Below, piece by piece: positions 9,480 to 18,316 of a stretch of DNA of 64,000 nucleotides. The notes beneath the pieces were generated by a model. It was not told the origin of the DNA, made no database searches, and worked only from the letters and a program-made list of their open reading frames with translations. Position numbers and translations under genes: made by a program. Position 1 is the stretch's first letter, and each line of letters begins with the position of its first letter. This DNA comes from Alphaproteobacteria bacterium (GTDB lineage: Bacteria; Pseudomonadota; Alphaproteobacteria; SHVV01): assembly GCA_965261735.1 (NCBI GenBank), contig OZ253470.1:4384001-4448000 (forward strand), read 5' to 3'.

Positions 9480-10570
9480 GGGCTTTGGTGCATGGACCTG
9501 AGGATTAGTATATCTGGCTCCGCTTCCGTCTTTGAGAGTTTGTCATGCCTTTCAAGTTCCACGCATCGCGTCGCCACCATATCCCCAGAGCCAAGTACCG
9601 GGTCATGAACTGGCCGGATTATGACCGTGGTTTGGTTCGGCGCGGCGACATTCGTTTCTGGATTGATGAGAGCGCCCTGGAGCAATGGGACGCAGCCAAA
9701 CGGCGAACTCCTGGTGGCCAGCGGCGGTTTTCAGAGTTGGCGATTTCCACGACACTGATGCTGGGGATGGTCTTCAGACTGCCGCTGCGCCAGACGGAAG
9801 GCTTTGTGCGTTCCCTCGTGGACTTGATGGGGTGCGATTTGCAGGTGGCGGATCACACCACACTGTCGCGGCGGCGGCGAACGGTGGATGTCGTTGTGGA
9901 AACCAGCACGAACAAATGGCCTACGGATATCGTGCTGGATTCCACGGGCCTGAAATTCTTTGGCGCTGGCGAGTGGGCTCGCGCCAAGCACGGTGAAACG
10001 CGGCGCTCGTGGCGCAAGCTGCATATCTCGGTTGACCCGGCCAGCAGCGAGATCCGGACGCATGAACTGACCGGTGACGACACGGCCGATGCGACGATGG
10101 CGGGACCGCTGGTCGCCGGTTCCGGTGGGATGATCCGGCGCGTGTTTGCCGACGGCGCCTATGACGGGGAGCCCGTGACAAAAGCGATCCGAGAAGCTCG
10201 GCCACCGAATTCACCACCTGAAATCATCATCCCGCCACGCGCCACATCCATTCCTCCCCCGGACACGCCTCATGGCGGATCGGAACGGGAGCACCATGCG
10301 GCGGAGATCGCGTCGAAGGGAAGGATGAACTGGCAGAAACGACAGGGCTACGGATTGAGAGCGCTTGGCGAACCAGCCATGGCTCGCGTCAAGAGGCTCA
10401 ACGGCGGCAAGCTCAACGCTCGCACATTCCAATCCCAACAAACCGAAATCGCCATGCAGATCGACGCACTCAATCGCTCTATCCGTGCGGCGAAACCAAA
10501 CACAATCAGGATCCGCTAACCAACCGGGGAATGGGCGATCACACCATCGCGGCTCCATGCACCAAAGCCC
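9480..10570 (+). mobile_element. IS5-family (IS903-like) element; transposase 9545-10519
   Basis: IRs gggctttggtgcatgga / tccatgcaccaaagccc; LDSTG, WRKLH and ADGAYD motifs. Confidence 0.92.
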
Positions 10571-10589
10571 TAGTGTCATAAAGCAGGAC

Positions 10590-10673
10590 ATGAGCCACCA
10601 CCACCTCCACCTCAACGCGCGCCGCTGGGCTCAGGTCCGGCGGCGCGTCTCCGCGCACGACAGCTGGCGCTAG
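10590..10673 (+). pseudogene. Stub of phage-type HNH endonuclease N-terminus
   Basis: MSHHHLHLNARRWAQVRRRV...DSWR resembles the stub at 14495. Confidence 0.4.
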
Positions 10674-10784
10674 CGGACCCTGCACAAGCGCCTCACGTGG
10701 CACGGCCTGTTCGGGGTTCGGGAGAATGAAAAGGTAGCGTATCGAGGGAAACATGGAACATGTCTACAATATGGATGAAGCCAA

Positions 10785-11444
10785 CATGGAACTAAAAGAC
10801 AGAATCAGAGACAGGGCCGAGGTCTTGTCTCCGCACTTGGCGAGAACGGCGGACAATTGCTGGCAGTGGCCGAGGCGCGCAGCCTCGGGCGCTGCGGGAT
10901 CAAGCTGGTATGGGAGGTCACCGGAGTTACGCTTTCGACTATCGACCAGGGGCTCAGAGAACTCGACGCGACATCGGTGCGGTGGAGGCGGGTGACGGAA
11001 CCACAGCCGAGGCGCCTGGCGGCCCTAGCGGCGCTTGTCGAGCCGGCGACGCGGAGGTGGAGATCCGGAGCGGCCGTTCTTGTGGGTCTCAAAGAGTTGC
11101 CACCATCTTGCGCCCGGCCTGGGGGCACAGGTTTAGTCAGGCTCCCGTTTGCTTGTGGAATAGCTTCCCGGACAACTGGCTACCCGCTGCAGGCAAACGC
11201 GAAGACGCGGGAAAGCGGTGCGCATCCCGACTGCAACAGACAGTTTTCCTATATATGCGTAAGCGGTTGGGGTTTTTTCCGTGCTGCTGGGGCGCCGGAA
11301 ACCTCAGTGGATACCAAAAGAAGCAACGGGTCCGCATCGACGATGCCCAGAGTGAAGACCCTCGACGTCCGATGTGTGGATTTCCGTGGCGAGTGGAGTT
11401 TTATCTTCCTGCCTACACCTCACAACGAACCGGCAAATTCTTGA
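10785..11444 (+). pseudogene. ISAzo13-family transposase remnant
   Basis: AEARSLGRCGI, LVEPATR, GYPLQANAKT...HPDCNRQF, SVDTK and FRGEWSF; frameshifted and internally deleted. Confidence 0.7.
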
Positions 11445-11489
11445 TGAATCCCAACTAGGCACCTAATAACTGACGGAGTAAACGCAGGA

Positions 11490-13138
11490 GTGTGTGCGAC
11501 CTTTTCGTTTTTGGTTCCCACTAAGGAGAAGGTATTGGAAATTAAAATGTCTTCGGGGGGCTCTGTATTTTTCGTCGGCGCCAATGGAGGGGGGAAGACA
11601 CGATTAGCAGTTCATATCGAACGGCAACTGAAACTCAAGGCTCATAGAATTTCGGCGCACAGGGCACTATCGTTGAACCCCGATGTGGCAAAAATAGGCG
11701 AAAAGAAGGCCTTAATGGGTCTACGTACGGGAAATGCTAGTGAAACCTCTAACTTGCAATACAGAGAAGGTCATCGGTGGAACTCTCAGAGTGCAGTGAC
11801 TTTTCTCAATGACTTTGACTTCCTTATTCAGGCGTTGTTCGCTGAACAGTCTAATACATCGCTCGATGCATATAATCATCATAAGTCCGGCGGGAAAAAA
11901 TTAAAGAGAAAATTTCAACTCACAATGTTTGATACGTTGAACAAAATTTGGCATCGATTATTGCCACATAGATCACTTCAGATTACAGGTGACGATATCC
12001 AAGTGTCGATACCCAGACAAACGGGTGCATATAAAGCATCAGAAATGAGTGATGGTGAGAGAGCAATTTTCTATCTGATCGGTCAGGTATTAGTTGCAGA
12101 AAAAGATTCCATGTTGATTATCGATGAGCCTGAATTGCATGTGCACCGCTCCATAGTGGCGAAACTGTGGGATGAATTGGAGGCCGCCCGATCTGATTGT
12201 GCATTCGTGTTCATTACTCATGATCTTGAATTTGCAGCTACGCGTGCTGGGAAGAAATATATTTTGGACGATTATAGACCAGAACCATATTGGGTTATTA
12301 AGGAGGTGCCCGAAGAATCTGAGTTTAATGAGGAACTTATTACACTGATACTTGGAAGTCGTAGGCCAATTCTATTCGTGGAAGGTGATGCTAATAGTTT
12401 GGATATAGCCATATATCGGTGTTGCTATCCCGACTGGACGGTCATACCCCGCGGATCTTGTGCGGACGTAATCCATTCGACTGTCACTATGCGGAGCAAT
12501 GCCTCTTTATCACGGGTGAAGTGTTGTGGAATTGTGGACGCCGACAACTATGACCAAGGGGATAGGGACTACTTAGGTAAGTGCGGTGTCGCAATTCTGC
12601 CAGTGTCGGAGATTGAAAACATTGTGTTGCTCCCAGACGTTGCCCGAGAAATTCTACAATTGGAAGGATATATAGACAAAGAGATTGACAAATCCTTGAA
12701 TATGTTGATCGACGCGGTTTTGAAGAGAGTCAATTCATCAGGAGAAATGGAGAAATTTCGAGTTCGTTATTGCAGGAGACGTATCGATCGAGAATTGAAG
12801 AATAGTGATTTTCAGAAGGCAGCCACCGTTAGCGAGCTTAGAAGGCATATTAAGTCACGAACGGAAACCCTGGATGTACAAGCAATTGCGGATCAGATCA
12901 CAAAGAAATTGCAAACTGCTATAATTGAACGAGATTTGCGAGGAATATTGGCCTATTATGATGATAAGGGTTTTTTTTGGCAATAGCTGCTTCTCATATG
13001 AGAAATTGTCGTAAGGTCGAGTTTATCGAAAGGCTAACCCGAATTTTGCGAAACGGCACCGTTAATCGCTTATCTCGTGCAATCAAGTCGGAGCTGCCAA
13101 CAATACCACCGGTAAATGAAGTGGCAAGTGGCACGTGA
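11490..13138 (+). CDS. Fused ABC-type ATPase + TOPRIM/DUF4435 protein (PARIS-like), frameshifted near the C-terminus
   Basis: GANGGGKT, MSDGER, IIDEPELH, ITHD, then FVEG and GIVDAD; AT-rich; frame breaks at T8 12971-12978 and resumes LAIAASHM... to 13138. Confidence 0.75.
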
Positions 13139-13254
13139 ACTCCATGCCGGGATTCGGTGCGTTGGCGCGGACGTGGGCCCGCCGAGTGCCTGAATTGCCG
13201 GCATATAAATTCAAACCGCCTGCCGCCGTAAGGAGCCACTTCACGCTTGGTCGA

Positions 13255-14304
13255 GCGGCGACCGCTTAGTGTCTATGCGGAGGCGCTGCAATGAACGCTC
13301 CGGCGCCGGCCCGGCGCGACCGGCTGCGGGCAATGCTGGCGGACCTCAAGATGCCGGGCGCGCTGGAGGCCGTCGACGGCATCCTCTCGGACGCCGACGG
13401 CGGCACGATCTCGGCGGCCGAGGCCATCGAGCAGTTGCTGAACGCCCAGATCGTGCTGCGCAACAACCGCCGTCTCCAGACCGCCATGCGCTCTTCGCGG
13501 CTTCCGGCTGTGAAGACGCTCGATCAGTTCGACTTCGCCTTCCAGCCCAGCATCAAGCGCGAGCAGATCGAGAGCTTGCACGAGCTCGGCTTCCTGGACC
13601 GCGGCGAGAACGTGATCCTGCTCGGCCCACCAGGCGTCGGGAAAACGCACTTGGCGATCAGCCTCGCGATCGCGGCGGCCGAGGCCGGCCGGCGCGTCTA
13701 CTACGGCACGCTCGCGGCGCTGATCGAGTCCCTCACCGAGGCCAAGGCCGCCGGCAATCTGACCCGGCGGCTGCGCGTGCTCACCCATCCGGCCCTGCTG
13801 GTGGTCGACGAGATCGGCTACCTGCCGGTCAACCAGGACGGCGCCGTGCTCTTCTTCCAGCTCATCAACGCCCGGCACGAGAGGGCGTCGACTGTGCTGA
13901 CGTCGAACAAGGGTTTCGAGGACTGGGGTGGCGTGCTCGGCGACGAGGTCATGGCGGCGGCTCTCATCGACCGCCTTGTGCACCACTGCCACATCGTCAA
14001 CATCCGGGGCAACAGCTACCGGATGAAGGAGCATCAGAACCTGCTGCAGTCCGGCTCGGATCGACGCAGGAAAAGAGCCGCCGCGTGATCGCCGGCTCAA
14101 ACGGAGACAGGAGCGGTGACACCCGCCCGCTGTGGATAACCGGGTTGTCGCCGCCAGACTCTTGGCGGTCGCTGCGCCAACCCGGTTACCTACAGCTCGA
14201 CCAAGTCCGACACCCCAAACACCGCGTCTGGGGGTACGACCGAACGCTCAAAGTGAGAAATATTTCGATCGACAAAAGTGGGAAATTTTCAGTCGCAATT
14301 GACA
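13255..14304 (+). mobile_element. Right half of an IS21 element
   Basis: istB plus repeated aaagtg.gaaat motifs ending ...aattgaCA at 14304; left boundary approximate. Confidence 0.75.
13291..14088 (+). CDS. istB: IS21 helper ATPase
   Basis: GPPGVGKT, LLVVDEIGY and DRLVHH...GNSYR; preceded by an istA tail (PLSVYAEALQ). Confidence 0.95.
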   Translation: MNAPAPARRDRLRAMLADLKMPGALEAVDGILSDADGGTISAAEAIEQLLNAQIVLRNNRRLQTAMRSSRLPAVKTLDQFDFAFQPSIKREQIESLHELGFLDRGENVILLGPPGVGKTHLAISLAIAAAEAGRRVYYGTLAALIESLTEAKAAGNLTRRLRVLTHPALLVVDEIGYLPVNQDGAVLFFQLINARHERASTVLTSNKGFEDWGGVLGDEVMAAALIDRLVHHCHIVNIRGNSYRMKEHQNLLQSGSDRRRKRAAA

Positions 14305-14635
14305 ACAACCTCGCGCTGGCCACGGCGATCGTCAAATCGACCTTGCGGCGGGACGGCAACGGCAACCCCGGGCTCGACCGGGCCACGTCGCGCGGGCGCA
14401 TCGACGTGCTGTCGGCGGCGGTGATCGCGGCCGGCCTGGCCGAGCCGATGTTCGACCGGCCGCCGCGCCGGCGCTTCCGCTTCGCCGTCGCCGGATGAGC
14501 CGCAATCACGACAAGCTCGACCCGCGCCGCTGGGCCAGGGGTGCGCCGCCAGGCGTTCGATCGCGACGGCTGGCGTTGTCGAGCGTGCGGCCAGGCCGGG
14601 CGGCTTGAAGGACACCATGAGCCGGCCCTGCCGCA
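14305..14635 (+). pseudogene. Phage terminase large-subunit C-terminus followed by a frameshifted HNH stub
   Basis: DGNGNPGLDR...RIDVLSAAVIA, then ATGA-coupled MSRNH...RDGWRCRACG...LEGHH. Confidence 0.6.
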
Positions 14636-14639
14636 GAAA

Positions 14640-14654
14640 GAACATAACGTGAAT
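14640..14654 (+). promoter_or_regulatory. Possible alphaproteobacterial LexA box
   Basis: GAAC-ataacgt-GAAT; one mismatch to GAAC-N7-GAAC. Confidence 0.4.
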
Positions 14655-14810
14655 ACAACGAGCTGTAAGGCCGGGCTGTTGCAGTCGCCGCGTCGTGCAA
14701 GAGCACTGGACTTGCCGGCGCAAAGGAGCGTCAGTGCGACCACGCCCGGCCACCCCGGGCTTGCCCCGGTAGCGGCGCCGATCTGCGCCGCAATACCGGA
14801 GGAGAACACC

Positions 14811-15107
14811 ATGACCATCAAATCATCGAGGAAAAAGTCGGGATCGCGCGCCGCGAAGGCCACCACCCGCAAGAACTCAAAGGCGACAGCTCCGAAGCAG
14901 CCGGGGACCACGAAGCTCGCTCTTCTCGTCGCCCATCTCAGTGCCCCGGGCGGCGCGACCATCGCCGAACTCTGTAAGGCAACGGGCTGGCAGCCCCATT
15001 CGGTTCGAGGCGGGCTCGCCGGTGCGCTGCGACGCAAGGGCCACGTCATCCGGTCCGAGAAAGAAGGGGGCCTGCGCCGCTACCGCATCGAGGAACCGGT
15101 GGTATGA
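14811..15107 (+). CDS. DUF3489-family winged-helix protein
   Basis: GATIAELCKATGWQPHSVRG...RYRI; GGAGGAG RBS. Confidence 0.85.
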   Translation: MTIKSSRKKSGSRAAKATTRKNSKATAPKQPGTTKLALLVAHLSAPGGATIAELCKATGWQPHSVRGGLAGALRRKGHVIRSEKEGGLRRYRIEEPVV

Positions 15108-15517
15108 CCGGCGTGGCGCCGCTTGCGGACCAAATCGAGGCGCTTATGCCCCTTCGTCTCGAAGGGCTTCGAGAGGTTTGGCGCAACCGCTATGGTGCCC
15201 CGCCGAAGCTGCGCTCGGCCGAGCTGTTGCGTCATTGTCTGGCCTGGCGGTTGCAGGCAGAGGCTCTCGGCGGTCTCGATCGTGACACACGGCGCCAGCT
15301 CAAGCGCCGCCAGCGGGTCCAGGCAGAAGGTCTTGAGCTCGGGATCGGGACCACGCTGCGGCGTGATTGGCGAGGGCGGATCGTCCAGGTCACGGTCGAA
15401 GAAGAGGGGTTTCGCCATAAGGGCCAACTCTTCAAGAGCCTCTCCGCCGCCGCGACCGCGATCGCCGGCACGCGCTGGAATGGCCCGCGTTTCTTCGGTC
15501 TTCGATCCGCTAAATGA
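15104..15517 (+). CDS. DUF2924-family protein
   Basis: LAWRLQAEALGGL, GTTLRRDW and SLSAAATAIAGTRWNGPRFFGL. Confidence 0.88.
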   Translation: MTGVAPLADQIEALMPLRLEGLREVWRNRYGAPPKLRSAELLRHCLAWRLQAEALGGLDRDTRRQLKRRQRVQAEGLELGIGTTLRRDWRGRIVQVTVEEEGFRHKGQLFKSLSAAATAIAGTRWNGPRFFGLRSAK

Positions 15518-17102
15518 GCCAACCCCGTCTCCACTCGCCCTCTATACGAGGAAGAGCAGCGAGGAAGGCCTTGAGCAGGCGTTCAACTCCCTCGATGCGC
15601 AGCGCGAAGCCTGCGCGGCGTATGTGAAGAGCCAGGCCGGCGAAGGTTGGAGAGCGGTCCCGACCCGCTACGACGATGGCGGCTTCTCCGGCGCATCCAT
15701 GGAGCGGCCGGCGCTCAAGCGGCTTCTCTGCGACATCGAGGCCGGCAAGGTCGACGTCATCGTCGTCTACAAGATTGACCGCCTGACCCGGTCCTTGGCC
15801 GACTTCGCACGCATGATCGAGATCTTCGATCGCCGTCGGGTCAGCTTCGTCAGCGTCACCCAGGCCTTCAACACCACGACCAGCATGGGCCGCCTGACAC
15901 TGAACGTGCTGTTGTCCTTCGCCCAGTTCGAGCGCGAGGTGACGGGCGAGCGCATCCGCGACAAGATCGCGGCCTCCAAGGCCAAGGGCATGTGGATGGG
16001 CGGCATTGTGCCGCTTGGCTACGAGCCGCCTGAGAATGACGCGCGCGCCCTGGCGGTCAACCAGGAAGAAGCCGAGATCGTGCGCACCATCTTCCGAGCC
16101 TATATCGACCTCGGCTCGGTGCACGCGCTGCAGCGATGGCTTGAGGATCGGGGCATCCGTTCGAAGCGGCGCGTGACGCGGGCGGGTCGACTATCCGGCG
16201 GCGGGCCGTTCAGCCGTGGCGCGCTCTTTCAACTGCTGCGCAACAGAGTCTATCGCGGCATGATCGTCCACAAGGGGAGGGCGCATCCCGGCCGGCACCA
16301 GGCCATCATCGATGGCGATCTTTTCGCGGCCGTCCAGGCGCGGCTCGACGCGAACACCCGCCGCCGGGCATCGAATCGCGAGCAAAAGGCGAATGCCCCT
16401 CTGGCCGGGCGCCTCTTCGATGCGGATGGTCGGCCGATGTCGCCGACCTTCTCTTATGGGCGGGGTGGCAGGCTCTATCGCTACTATGTCTCGGCACCGC
16501 TGCAGCAAGGGGCAAGGCGCGATCCATCCGACACAGCCATCCGGCGCATATCCGCCCCACCGCTCGAAGTCGCCCTCGCGACCGTGCTGCGTCGCCTGAT
16601 CGCGGGATGTCCGGACGATCCCATCACGCTTGTTGTCCGCGCCGAGCTCCACGATCAGTCGCTGCACTGCTTGCTGCCGATCGACCGGATCGTCGCGATG
16701 CGCGAGCGCCTCGAGCCCCACGAACGGGTCGAGCCGGATCCGGCCGATGCACGTCTCGCCAGGCTGCATCTTCCCCTTGTCCGGCGTCGCGGCGAGACCT
16801 GGGTTCTTAAGGGCCAAAGTCCGGGACACATGCCGGACCCTGTTCTGGTCAAGGCGCTCCGCTCCGCACACGCCATGCTGCACCACGATGATGCCGGATT
16901 GCCCGTGCTCGTCACAGCGCCGGATACGCCCTATCGCCGCCGCCTCGTCCGCCTGGCCTTTCTGGCGCCGGAGATCCAAAGAGCGATTGTTGAAGGTCGC
17001 CAATCCGCAGGCCTGACACTGGCACAGCTCCTCAAGGGCCCGATGCCGCTCGACTGGCCGCAACAGGCCGTCCGAATCGGCATTGCGGCATCGCTGGAAT
17101 AG
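15514..17102 (+). CDS. Large serine recombinase; apparent 1-bp deletion near codon 8
   Basis: ALYTRKSSEEG, YKIDRLTRS and FAQFERE...ERI; the ATG at 15514 is out of frame by one base (cactcgccctc). Confidence 0.85.
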
Positions 17103-17154
17103 GGATCAGCACCCACATCCCGCTCACTCGACTACGGCAAGACGGGCCGGATTA

Positions 17155-17748
17155 TTTCCTGTTCCCTTCATTTGCTTCCCTGATATCGACTGCCCTTCCC
17201 CCTGTTTTGCAGAAAAGAACCCCTGTTCTGCAGAAAAACAGGAAAGTTCAGAAGTCATTGATAAAAAAGATAATTTCTTCATTTTGGTCGGCAGTTCGCT
17301 ACAATCTCCCTGTTTTGAGGCCGTAATCGCAAAAATTCCCTGTTGCCACCAAACTCACCCTTGCATCGCGCTCGCGGAGACCGCACGCCGGGAAGCCCGG
17401 CAATGGCCGGAAATGCTCCCGCGTTCGGGAGCTCCGAATTGAGATTGACCGCGAAACATGCCCTGTTTTCCGTGGCTTGGCCGCGACATGCGATGAAGAG
17501 ACAGCTGCGCCGGGGTGGCTGGCTGTGGGCGCAGTCTGCTGCGAACCTGTCTCCGCGCCAATTCCCTGATAATCAGGGAAAATACAGGGAATTTTCACGA
17601 AAATGGGCGAATTCAGCCCAGTGATCGGCGGTAACCCACTGGAAACAAGTGGTTTTCCGGTGAATTCCCTACAAAACATAACAGAGAAACTTAAAACCCG
17701 AACAGGGACATTAATGCGAGGATCAGGGAATTTGAAACTGCGAACAGT
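17155..17748. repeat. Two mirrored arrays of short TCCCTGWT-like motifs
   Basis: About a dozen CCCTG/CAGGG-core copies at 17155-17345 and 17560-17748, including the palindrome ttccctgataatcagggaa. Confidence 0.7.
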
Positions 17749-17753
17749 AAGCG

Positions 17754-17890
17754 ATGGAGTGGTCCCCCTCCCGCCGGCATCGCGATGTGCCAGGTTGGCG
17801 GTGTTGTCAACACCGAGATGAGGAAAGGGGCGTCCATGGAACAAGTTATCATCATCGGGATCGATCTGGCGAAGAACAGCTTTCAGCTGA
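17754..17890 (+). mobile_element. IS110-family left end and first codons
   Basis: MEQVIIIGIDLAKNSFQL from 17836. Confidence 0.7.
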
Positions 17891-18075
17891 GCTGGTCCGC
17901 GGTGCGGCCCTGGCGTCCGGCGTGGAGTTTGGCCTCGAGGTGGTTGACCAGGTCGACGACGTTGTAGCAGCGGCCACGGGTGCCCATTCGGATGCAAGCG
18001 CGGGCGATAGCGACGGCGAGATGGGTCTTGCCGGTGCCGGTGCCGCCGGCGAGCTCCTGGATCAGGGGATCGTTG
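17890..18075 (-). pseudogene. IstB fragment
   Basis: GGTGTGKTHLAVAIARACIR...YNVVDLVN. Confidence 0.7.
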
Positions 18076-18316
18076 ACCGGTGAGCGGGTCAACGAGATCG
18101 TCGCCAACCATGTCGGTCACCCTGTTAGTGTGACAACGCCGCCGTTGCTGTCTTCGGGAAGAGACGGGCGGGTTGGAGTGTTATTCGGCGCGCAAGTTTG
18201 CCGCCACAGAATCGCGCGTCATCAAGGTCTTGGCGCGCCGATCGGCGTCGAACCCTCGCGCCGAACAACACCTGGGTAACGCCCGGAGCGCCGCGAAGCC
18301 GGATGACCGAGGCGTC

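Noticed and set aside
17155-17748. Possible CRISPR array
   Set aside because: Motifs are under 12 bp, in both orientations, with no repeat-spacer periodicity and no cas genes
17754-17836. IS110 bridge RNA
   Set aside because: Only about 80 bp of non-coding end remains and the other end is missing; structure not assessable
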